Shown: piece by piece, positions 8,435-15,631 of the stretch
How positions within the stretch are numbered: position 1 is the stretch's first letter
Layout: the number at the start of each line of letters is the position of its first letter
NCBI RefSeq assembly: GCF_000010625.1
Contig: NC_010296.1
Span: 810,001-842,000 of the forward strand
Reading direction: 5' to 3'
Length of the DNA: 32,000 nucleotides
Source: Microcystis aeruginosa NIES-843
GTDB lineage: Bacteria > Cyanobacteriota > Cyanobacteriia > Cyanobacteriales > Microcystaceae
Notes under the pieces: generated by a model
Seen by the model: the letters and a program-made list of their open reading frames with translations, nothing else
The model's database searches: none
Told to the model about the DNA's origin: nothing
Made by a program: the position numbers and the translations under genes

Positions 8435-9081
8435 GGGCTGGCTGAATAAATCTAAAAACCTTGTTGGGTAAGACTTTTAGACCTTTTGTCAATCAAAAAG
8501 TACTGGATCTGGGAGTGATCGGGGGGAAATTTAGCTGGACTTCCCCCATACAGAAATACTAAAAAATTAACAAAACCCTTACTGCATGGAGCTTCTCAGA
8601 AAAAATTGAAAAGAGGCTACTGGGTACATTTTTCCCTTGAAAATGGCTGTACCGTTGACTGTATCTGGAGTAGAGCGATTCCGTAGAGTTGGCTGTATAG
8701 TGATCGCTAACCCTATTGTAACAGATGGTGTCATTAATCTCTAGAGTCAGCGATTCCCTCTGTAGCCATGTTTTTGATGGTTTTCTGCCCCGAAACAAGC
8801 TATAATGGTCGAAAGGTCAAATTTGAAAATTTTTGCCTCAAACCCTATCTGCGTAAGGACTTCAGGATTTTGTGTCCAGTAGTCCATTAGTATTATATTG
8901 CTTTAACTCAGGCTCTGTAAGACTTTTAGCCATAGCTAGTATGTTTATACGGGGGAAGTCCAGATTTAGGCACTTTTTCCCTGAAAATTAGGTAATTGGC
9001 CACCTCAAAACCGGTAAAACCCCACACCCCACACCCCACACCCCACACCCTGCCCCCAGGAAAAGCTTTTTCAGCAAGCCC
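8435..9081 (+). mobile_element. ~215-bp MITE, copy 3, split by a ~430-bp nested insertion (about 8541-8972)
   Basis: The left half (8435-8540) and right half (8973-9081) are colinear with the other copies. The insert is bounded by a 13-bp perfect inverted repeat CTGGACTTCCCCC (8535-8547) / GGGGGAAGTCCAG (8951-8963). Confidence 0.7.
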
Positions 9082-9224
9082 TAGATTAAAGATCTATACA
9101 TAAAGACATAAAAATCTATACATAAAGACATAAAAATTGCTTGACTTTATGGATTTTATGGGCTATTGTAATATTGTGACCTAGATCACTTAGTGGTATC
9201 GCAAAACTCAGGTTTGAATTCCCC

Positions 9225-9375
9225 CTATAGTTCCTGTTTTGTCACCATTTTCCAAGAGATCAAGGAAATGCAGAGGTAATTGTCGCCCATCAAGAACAGG
9301 CGATCGCCAGAGGGACTGATACTGTGAACCTGTAAATTGCTACTGACGGTGACATCGGTTTGGTGCGCGAGCGCA
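9225..9375 (+). pseudogene. Decayed duplicate of the CARDB-like segment of the downstream 698-aa gene
   Basis: 9267-9365 aligns to 10004-10102. It translates ..QGNAEVIVAHQEQAIARGTDTVNL*IATDGDIG against QGNAQVIVTNQGQEIASGPSTVRLYISTDGEID, with an in-frame TAA at 9333-9335. Confidence 0.7.
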
Positions 9376-9484
9376 ACGACAAGTTAAGCTTCAATGCTTT
9401 CTGTCTTGAACAGCTTGGCCAATTCAAGTCTGAATTGCATCACTGCCTAATCTATCTTCATAACTATTTTCTAACTTATTAGCC

Positions 9485-11581
9485 ATGCAGTCAACCACTC
9501 TTACAACTACCTCCGGGTCATCAGCACCAAACACCCTCAACCGTCAGCCGAAAGTAACTGAGAACGAGAAAATAGCAAATAATGCTAAAGCAGACAGTAA
9601 AATTGATAAGTTGCTAGAGAAGTGTATCGGTAACAAAAAATTAAATGAACTCTCCCAACAAGCTTTAGATGTGCTTTTGAGTGGAGTTGATTTTTTAGAG
9701 GCAATTGGACTTGACGGCATATTAGATAATGGCAAGAGCGGCAATAACAACAATTCAAGTCCTACCCCAAGTCCTACCCCAAGTCCTACCCCAGGTCTTA
9801 CCCCAAGTCCTACCCCAAGTCTTACCCCAAGTCTTACCTCAAGTCTTACCCCAAGTCCTACCTCAAGTCCTACCTCAAGTCCTACCTCAAGTCCTACCTC
9901 AAGTCTTACCCCAAGTCTTACCTCAAGTGTCTCACCACCAGATTTAGTGGGCAGTTTTGGCACGATTAATTTGCCAAGTACGGTTAACTTCGGCGCTCAG
10001 GGGAATGCACAGGTAATTGTCACCAATCAAGGACAGGAGATCGCCAGTGGTCCCAGTACTGTTAGACTCTACATTTCCACTGACGGTGAGATTGACAGTA
10101 ACGATGCCTTACTCGCCAGTGCCAGCACAAACTTGAACCTAAGCGCCGGGCAGTCAGTCACCCTAAACTTACAGTATCAAAACAATACTTCAGTCATCGC
10201 TCCGGGGGCTTACTTTCTCATTGCTCAAGTTGATGCAAATAACCAAATTGCCGAACAACTGGAAACCAATAATGTCACCAGTAAATTAGTATCGGGACTC
10301 AATACTAATGCCATCATCGACTGGAATGCGATCGCCTTAAATGCGATTCAAGCCGAGGGAAAAGCAGGGCGGGGAGTTGCGCCGACAGTAGGTTCTCGCT
10401 TAATGGCGCTGGTTTCTACTGCTGTCTATGATACAGTCCAGGCCTTCAACACTTTATATCCCTCCTACGCTGTAAATGTGAACGCACCAGCAAATACCTC
10501 GTTGCAGGCGGCGGTAGTTGGTGCTGCTTATCGAGTTCTCTCTACTCAATTACCTGGACAAAATAGCTTGTTATTACAGCAAGTAACCAATTCTCTGGCG
10601 GAGATTCAGGACAGTGCCACCGCTGAAAGCAGGGGTTTTAATTTTGGCATTTTAGTAGGCAATCAGAGCATCAATTTACGCACTAATGATGGTTCCAGCA
10701 ACAATACGCCTTTCACTGCGCCGTCGGGAGCCTATGTCTGGAGACCAGAAACCGTAGGACCCACTGCTGGGGTAGCAGTCGGTGCGAACTGGGGTGGGGT
10801 AACTCCTTGGACAATTGGCAACATTGACCAGTTTGTCTCGCAAAAACAACTTGATGTGATTCTTAATGGCCGTCCCGACAATCCTAATGATCAGGGTGCA
10901 TTGTATGCCCAAGAAATTGAAGAAGTCCGGCTCTATGGTGGATTGCAAAACACTGCTCTCACTACCACTTTACGCAATGCAGACCAGGCAGAAATGGCTG
11001 TTTTCTGGGCCTATGACCGGGCTGATACCTTCCGTCCCTACGGTCAATTAAACCAAATTGCTCAAGAAATCGCCGTCCGTCAGGGCAATACCTTGCAAAA
11101 AGATGCCAGCTTATTTGCCGCGTTAAATACTGCGCTGGCAGATGCGGTAATCGTTGCTTGGAAAGAGAAATACACTGAACTCCAACCTCGCCCTGATGAC
11201 ATAATTGCCGGAGGATTTGCGGCCAATGACGGGATGGCTTCTACGGTGGGCGATACCAATTGGAAACCTTTGCTGTCAACATTAATGGGGGTTAATTCGC
11301 CACCTTTCCCGGATTATATGTCAGGGCATTCCGCCATGGGGGGAGCATTTGCTGGAGTTATGGCTAAATATTTTGGGCAGAACTATCAGTTTAGTGCTGT
11401 CTCCCAAGAACTTCCCGGTGTCGTTCGTAATTTCACTAGCTTCTATCAAGCGGGAATGGAAGATGCCCTCAGCCGTATTTATGGCGGAGTTCACGTGCGG
11501 GAAGCTTGTATTGATTCTTTTAACATGGGGTTAGCTGTTGGCGATTTTGTTTCGACAAGTGTCTTTCAGCCGATTGTCTAG
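9485..11581 (+). CDS. Multidomain protein: S/P/T-repeat linker, CARDB-like domain and PAP2/vanadium-haloperoxidase-like domain
   Basis: The 698-aa ORF carries all three PAP2/vanadate-site motifs: KX6RP (KYTELQPRP), SGH (YMSGHS) and SRX5H (SRIYGGVH). The CARDB-like segment reads VIVTNQGQ...LYISTDGEIDSND. No obvious N-terminal signal peptide. Confidence 0.8.
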   Translation: MQSTTLTTTSGSSAPNTLNRQPKVTENEKIANNAKADSKIDKLLEKCIGNKKLNELSQQALDVLLSGVDFLEAIGLDGILDNGKSGNNNNSSPTPSPTPSPTPGLTPSPTPSLTPSLTSSLTPSPTSSPTSSPTSSPTSSLTPSLTSSVSPPDLVGSFGTINLPSTVNFGAQGNAQVIVTNQGQEIASGPSTVRLYISTDGEIDSNDALLASASTNLNLSAGQSVTLNLQYQNNTSVIAPGAYFLIAQVDANNQIAEQLETNNVTSKLVSGLNTNAIIDWNAIALNAIQAEGKAGRGVAPTVGSRLMALVSTAVYDTVQAFNTLYPSYAVNVNAPANTSLQAAVVGAAYRVLSTQLPGQNSLLLQQVTNSLAEIQDSATAESRGFNFGILVGNQSINLRTNDGSSNNTPFTAPSGAYVWRPETVGPTAGVAVGANWGGVTPWTIGNIDQFVSQKQLDVILNGRPDNPNDQGALYAQEIEEVRLYGGLQNTALTTTLRNADQAEMAVFWAYDRADTFRPYGQLNQIAQEIAVRQGNTLQKDASLFAALNTALADAVIVAWKEKYTELQPRPDDIIAGGFAANDGMASTVGDTNWKPLLSTLMGVNSPPFPDYMSGHSAMGGAFAGVMAKYFGQNYQFSAVSQELPGVVRNFTSFYQAGMEDALSRIYGGVHVREACIDSFNMGLAVGDFVSTSVFQPIV
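9758..9937 (+). repeat. In-frame 12-bp tandem repeat (AGTCYTACCYCA)x15 encoding (SPTP/SLTS)n
   Basis: Fifteen consecutive 12-nt units with C/T variation, read directly. Confidence 0.9.
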
Positions 11582-11703
11582 TATCGTGTCGAGTTGAACG
11601 AACCTGCATCAGTCCCCACCCTCAGCAACGCACCAGTGGGGAAGGTGCAGGGGGCGGCAATTTGAGGACTCGATGTCCGAAAAATTGCCAACTAAATTTT
11701 AAT

Positions 11704-11805
11704 GGTAAATCCCATGCTTTAGGTGATATCGGTCGCACTTTGGAATTATCCCTGGAAAGGGTGCGACAAATTGAGTCGAAAGCGTTGCAAAAACTGCGTA
11801 GTTAA
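11704..11805 (+). pseudogene. Sigma-70 region 4.2 remnant (33 codons plus stop), a paralogous copy of the 3' end of the gene at 553-1797
   Basis: Translates GKSHALGDIGRTLELSLERVRQIESKALQKLRS*. Positions 11702-11799 match the reverse complement of 604-701 with 7 mismatches in 98 nt by eye. No upstream coding sequence. The stop comes from the flanking TA plus the first base of the adjacent MITE. Confidence 0.85.
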
Positions 11806-11922
11806 GTAGGTAGGCACAATTATTTGTAGGATGGGTTAGCGGTAGCGTAACCCTTGCGGGCGTTGGGTTTCATGCTTCAACCCAACCTACGTTCATTTTA
11901 TATTTAATTCCACCCACCTACT
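11805..11922 (+). mobile_element. 118-bp MITE (termini AGTAGGTAGG...CCCACCTACT) flanked by TA
   Basis: Near-identical to 15333-15450. TA dinucleotides lie on both sides. Internal hairpin GTTGGGTTTCATGCTTCAACCCAAC. Confidence 0.85.
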
Positions 11923-11973
11923 TAGATCACCAACAGAATATCCCTACTAGAGAGTTAAATACTCCCTATTTTT

Positions 11974-12471
11974 TTAGGAGATTTTAACTGACTGAGAACA
12001 ACGATTTGATGAGTTGCATTCCAGACGTTTTTGACGTTCTGCTAAGATTGTTTGTAAATTCGGTCTTCCGGTTAAGGTTAATCGCCAAGAAGCCCAAATT
12101 TCATAGATAATATCCACTAGAAACCCAATAACCGGCCATTTGGTAGCGGCATAAATCCAACCAATGCCCAAAATATCATAGACTTGGCGAAACACTTCCA
12201 CATTTTGGAGGATAGTACCATCGGCTAGTACAGCGTGGATTCGTCCCATGGCCGCCGCGAAGGAAATACCGCCATTTTCCTCTGGATTATAGTTTTCGGC
12301 GGCAATATCGACAAAAGCAACTAATCCTCTCCCAGCATCCTGTTTTTGCAGAAAATTAACCTCCCGCAAGCAGAGGGGACATTCTCCATCGTAGAGGAGT
12401 TTAATTTTCCAAGAGGGCGATCGAGTAGAATTTTCTAAGGTATCAGCAGATGGAGTCGGTAAAGATGACAT
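11974..12471 (-). CDS. Thiol-disulfide oxidoreductase, DCC family (DUF393)
   Basis: The 165-aa ORF has the LLYDGECPLC motif typical of DCC proteins. The last ~13 codons lie inside repeat 11957-12013. Confidence 0.8.
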   Translation of the reverse strand: MSSLPTPSADTLENSTRSPSWKIKLLYDGECPLCLREVNFLQKQDAGRGLVAFVDIAAENYNPEENGGISFAAAMGRIHAVLADGTILQNVEVFRQVYDILGIGWIYAATKWPVIGFLVDIIYEIWASWRLTLTGRPNLQTILAERQKRLECNSSNRCSQSVKIS

Positions 12472-12593
12472 GATCTTCTAGGGATTCTCTTTTCAGTGGT
12501 CGGTAATTAGTGAGGGGTTGAGAAGTAGGGAGTGGGGAAGTGGGGAAGTGGGGAGAATAAATAAAAATAATCTCCTGACTCCTGATGATTATT

Positions 12594-13313
12594 TTATGGC
12601 AATTCATCAGATTGGATGGTATCACTCTCTATTGGTTCTCGATCGTTGCGTTTTGAGAAACCCCAAGCAAAGAGGATAGCAATTAAACTAATCATAATCC
12701 ATTCCGGCGGCACAAAATCGGGACTAATCACCCGCAACAGCAATCTTAAACCCACCAAACCGACGGTGACAAAACCAGCATCTTCTAGGTGGGTGTATTC
12801 TTCCAACCAGCGAATAAATAAACCCGCCATAAAGCGCAGGGTAACTACTCCGATCGTACCACCAAGCAGGATCAACCAAGTATCATCGGCCACGGCGATG
12901 GAAGTGGTGACACTATCGAGGGAAAAAGCTAAATCAGTAACGGCAATTAGGGGGATAGCTTGCCAGAGAGAGTGAAACTGGAGACTATGATGGCTGTGAT
13001 CCTTGTCTTCAGGGGAGGCAAAGTAATTAAAGACTAACCAGAGCAAATATACTGCTCCCAAAAGTTCAAACTGCCAGTATTTAACCACCCAGGTGGCGGT
13101 AAGAATCAAGATCATACGGAGAATATAGGCGAAAACTAAGCCAATATTCAAGGCCTGACGTTGACGCTGATGATCTCCTAATCCCTGTGCTATGGAAGCG
13201 AGAGCAATGGCGTTATCTGCTGATAATACCGCTTCTAGGGCAATGAGAACCAACAGAATTAACGGGGTTTTTAGACTAAGGGTTAGAGATGAATCAAGGA
13301 GCGAGTCTAACAT
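12594..13313 (-). CDS. TerC-family integral membrane protein
   Basis: The 239-aa polytopic ORF has the EAVLSADNAIALA motif and a second DSV-type half-repeat. Confidence 0.85.
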   Translation of the reverse strand: MLDSLLDSSLTLSLKTPLILLVLIALEAVLSADNAIALASIAQGLGDHQRQRQALNIGLVFAYILRMILILTATWVVKYWQFELLGAVYLLWLVFNYFASPEDKDHSHHSLQFHSLWQAIPLIAVTDLAFSLDSVTTSIAVADDTWLILLGGTIGVVTLRFMAGLFIRWLEEYTHLEDAGFVTVGLVGLRLLLRVISPDFVPPEWIMISLIAILFAWGFSKRNDREPIESDTIQSDELP

Positions 13314-13502
13314 TGAGGCCGCAGGTAAAAATAAATGTAATCATGGCAATACCTCAGCTTAACGCTTTTACAACTTTCTTTTCTAGGGGAGATAACCGTC
13401 ATCGGGGTGGGGAGATATGAAGTCTTGTAACGAAATGATGCAGAGGACCCCGATGATGTCGGAAAGTATTGGATGAATATCTTTATGAGGAGATAATCAG
13501 CA

Positions 13503-13595
13503 ATGCTTTCTGATACTCAAGTTTTAGTCGCTCTGGTAATTGCTTTAATCCCCGGGATTTTGGCTTTTCGTCTAGCGACGGAACTTTATAAGTAA
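13503..13595 (+). CDS. psaM: Photosystem I reaction centre subunit XII (PsaM), 30 aa; absent from the ORF track
   Basis: ATG preceded by GAGGAG. It translates MLSDTQVLVALVIALIPGILAFRLATELYK, which closely matches my memory of cyanobacterial PsaM (..SDTQ...ALV.AL.P..LAFRL.TELYK). Confidence 0.8.
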   Translation: MLSDTQVLVALVIALIPGILAFRLATELYK

Positions 13596-13608
13596 AGTCG
13601 CTTTCAAT

Positions 13609-13660
13609 AAACCCTGATCCCGTCTGACCTAGCTATAGGATAGACCGATTGGGGTTTTTT
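13609..13660 (+). terminator. Candidate intrinsic terminator after psaM
   Basis: An imperfect long hairpin (AACCC...GGGGTT outer stem) is followed by T6 at 13655-13660. Confidence 0.45.
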
Positions 13661-13695
13661 CAGTGATCAGTCATCAGTTACCAGTTATCAGTGAT
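13661..13695 (+). repeat. Degenerate heptamer array (CAGTNAY)x5
   Basis: Units CAGTGAT CAGTCAT CAGTTAC CAGTTAT CAGTGAT. This is the reverse complement orientation of the ACTGATA arrays elsewhere. Confidence 0.8.
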
Positions 13696-13757
13696 TGGGT
13701 GTAACTTGAAAGTAATTAGCCACTTTTCTGACCGATTTTACTTATACTCATAAATCT

Positions 13758-14108
13758 ATGACCGCAGGAACACGAAACCAAACCGACAAAAAAACACGAA
13801 AAAAGCCAAAAAGCGGCAATAAATCCCAAAACTGGCAAGTTATCGAGATTTGGCTCCGAATTATTGCCTATAGTGCCATTTCCATCACGGCAGTTTTTGC
13901 GATCGCTCGTTTGCTACCTTACCAACAGATCCAACAGGCAAAACTGGAAGAAGTGCGTTTGGCAGCCCAGGAAAAGGAGGAACGCGTCAATCAATTGCGC
14001 GGTCAATTTACTCGCAGCTTCGATCCTAGTCAAGCGCGGCAAGTCATGGGGGAACAAAGTCCCCGACGGGATCCTAATCAAAGACGCATTTTTTGGGTTT
14101 CTCAGTAG
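13758..14108 (+). CDS. Hypothetical protein: basic N-terminus, one TM helix, coiled-coil-like tail
   Basis: The 116-aa ORF has a hydrophobic segment IIAYSAISITAVFAIARLL followed by QQAKLEEVRLAAQEKEERVNQLR. Confidence 0.55.
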   Translation: MTAGTRNQTDKKTRKKPKSGNKSQNWQVIEIWLRIIAYSAISITAVFAIARLLPYQQIQQAKLEEVRLAAQEKEERVNQLRGQFTRSFDPSQARQVMGEQSPRRDPNQRRIFWVSQ

Positions 14109-14133
14109 ATTAGCTGCCCGTGCATCTCAATTA

Positions 14134-15083
14134 TAGTTATTTCAAATAAGAACGAGACACTAGGCGACACAATAAGTACGAATAATTTCATCAAGGGGTG
14201 TCCCCACAGGAGCATACATTCTTGCCCTCTTTAATGCACTAAAATCATGTTCGATATCATTTAAATCAGGAGAGTATTTTGGCAAAAACACGACCTGATG
14301 ACCTGCTTCCTCTACCAGTTGTTTAATGACTGTCTTCCGATGAATTGGTGCATTATCCATAATTAATACTGATGTTATGGTTAGAGAGGGCAACAAATAT
14401 AAAGATAACCACCCTTCAAAACCTTCGGCATTCAGGCTTCTCGTAAATACCATCGGTGCAATAAAGTCTTTTTTTCCCTTTCTTCTACCAGCGACAAGGT
14501 TCTCTCTTTTTCCTCGTTTTCCTTGTCTATCTCCAAAGACTTTCTTCCCTTTTTTTGACCAAGCATAAAAACAGGCTTGAAATTCTTCAAACCCTGACTC
14601 ATCAATAAATACAAGGCTTTCACTTCCATATATTTTAATCAATTCTCTCAGCACTCTGTAGTATTTCATTCTTTCTTCTCGGTTTCTTTCTCTATAACGA
14701 AGTTCCTTCTTTTTTCTGGTAACTTTCATGTTTTTTAAGGCATAGCAAATGGCACTTGGTCTCACTCCAAATTTCTCGGCTCTGTCTCTTAATCTTGCCT
14801 CGGGATTTTCTTGGACATCTTTTGACAGTGCTTTCCAGTCCAGCTTTCTCTGACGGTGTTTTACCTTTGTTGCTTCCAGTTTTTCCCTACCTAGCCATCT
14901 ATATATCGTCGCTCTTCCTATATTAAATAGAGCGGCGGCTTTGGTTATGCTTCCCCCATTCTCTACATAATCGATTACTTTTTTTCTCAAGTCTAGGCTA
15001 TAAGACATTTTTCTGTATGGGTTGCTCGTTTCTCTTGATTTTACCTTATTTTTCCCTCGTCTCACACTTATTTGAAATGACTA
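14134..15083 (-). mobile_element. IS630-family insertion sequence (950 bp) with TA target duplication
   Basis: Imperfect ~25-bp terminal inverted repeats: TAGTTATTTCAAATAAGAACGAGAC against the reverse complement of GTCTCACACTTATTTGAAATGACTA. TA lies at 14132-14133 and 15084-15085. It encloses the transposase ORF. Confidence 0.88.
14160..15065 (-). CDS. IS630/Tc1-mariner-type DDE transposase
   Basis: The 301-aa ORF has an N-terminal HTH (GGSITKAAALFNIGRATIYRW) and a DDE_3 pattern (FIDESGF, MDNAPIHRK, YSPDLNDIEHDF). Confidence 0.9.
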   Translation of the reverse strand: MRRGKNKVKSRETSNPYRKMSYSLDLRKKVIDYVENGGSITKAAALFNIGRATIYRWLGREKLEATKVKHRQRKLDWKALSKDVQENPEARLRDRAEKFGVRPSAICYALKNMKVTRKKKELRYRERNREERMKYYRVLRELIKIYGSESLVFIDESGFEEFQACFYAWSKKGKKVFGDRQGKRGKRENLVAGRRKGKKDFIAPMVFTRSLNAEGFEGWLSLYLLPSLTITSVLIMDNAPIHRKTVIKQLVEEAGHQVVFLPKYSPDLNDIEHDFSALKRARMYAPVGTPLDEIIRTYCVA

Positions 15084-15208
15084 TACTTGTTAAGACTTCA
15101 GGGGAGAGGAGAGAGCCACAGAGTCGGTCTGAGCATTTGTCAGGATAAAACTAATGACCACAGCGACACAATTCTTAAGCATTGCTGCCTTGACAAAAGA
15201 GGATTATT

Positions 15209-15504
15209 ATGGGTGCATCTGAATTTTGAAGAAATATCTATAGGACATTTTGGGCGCACGCGGTGCGCCCCTACCATTGGCGCGATAATAAATATTATTG
15301 TAGGGGCGAATTGCATTCGCCCTCTTTGAATAAGTAGGGAGGCACAATTATTTGTAGGATGGGTTAGCGGTAGCGTAACATAATCGGGCGTTGGGTTTCA
15401 TGCTTCAACCCAACCTACGTTCATCTTATATTTAATTCCACCCACCTACTTAACTGCTGCTCACCTATAGGTGAGAGAAAGTCACGAATATGAGATGCAC
15501 CCAT
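15209..15504. mobile_element. ~296-bp MITE-like element with 12-bp perfect terminal inverted repeats (ATGGGTGCATCT), carrying a nested 118-bp MITE
   Basis: ATGGGTGCATCT at 15209-15220 and AGATGCACCCAT at 15493-15504. Internal GC hairpins GGGCGCAC/GTGCGCCC and GGGCGAAT/ATTCGCCC. A 16-bp palindrome CTCACCTATAGGTGAG lies at 15460-15475. Confidence 0.55.
15333..15450 (+). mobile_element. 118-bp TA-flanked MITE, second full copy
   Basis: Near-identical to 11805-11922. TA lies at 15331-15332 and 15451-15452. Confidence 0.85.
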
Positions 15505-15597
15505 TTTAACTGACTTGAGCGAATCAGATCGGGAATTTACAAGGGGATAAAAATTAAAATCTTTCTGATTTCAAGCTACCAACGACCGGCGCTAGTC

Positions 15598-15631
15598 ACT
15601 GAAAACCGAAAACTGATAACTGATAACTGAA
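15598..15631 (+). repeat. Heptamer array (ACTGAAA ACCGAAA ACTGATA ACTGATA ACTGAA) abutting the start codon
   Basis: Read directly. TGA occurs at 15614, 15621 and 15628, so it falls in all three frames. Confidence 0.85.

Noticed and set aside
8060-8492. Track ORFs 8060-8410 and 8253-8492 (GVWGVGCGVWG-type peptides)
   Set aside because: They are translations of MITE copy 2 and its (CCCCACA)n array on the opposite strand. The same sequence recurs in non-coding contexts elsewhere, so they are not genes.
8559-8798. 79-aa ORF inside the nested insertion of MITE copy 3
   Set aside because: It lies wholly within repeat-derived sequence, with no ribosome-binding site or recognisable motif. It is most likely a chance frame.
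9544-9963. Antisense and alternative-frame ORFs (139 aa and 72 aa) over the 12-bp repeat tract
   Set aside because: Perfect periodic repeats stay open in several frames. The sense frame is continuous with a 698-aa domain-bearing protein.
13314-13502. Possible yybP-ykoY (Mn2+) riboswitch in the leader of the TerC-family gene
   Set aside because: TerC genes are classic yybP-ykoY targets, so I read the minus-strand leader. I could not find the conserved GGGGAGUAG-type core on the correct strand. There is only a generic long hairpin. A covariance-model scan (Rfam RF00080) would settle it.
15087-15329. 80-aa ORF right of the IS630 element
   Set aside because: It overlaps MITE-like sequence with GC hairpins (GGGCGCAC/GTGCGCCC), and there is no coding signal.
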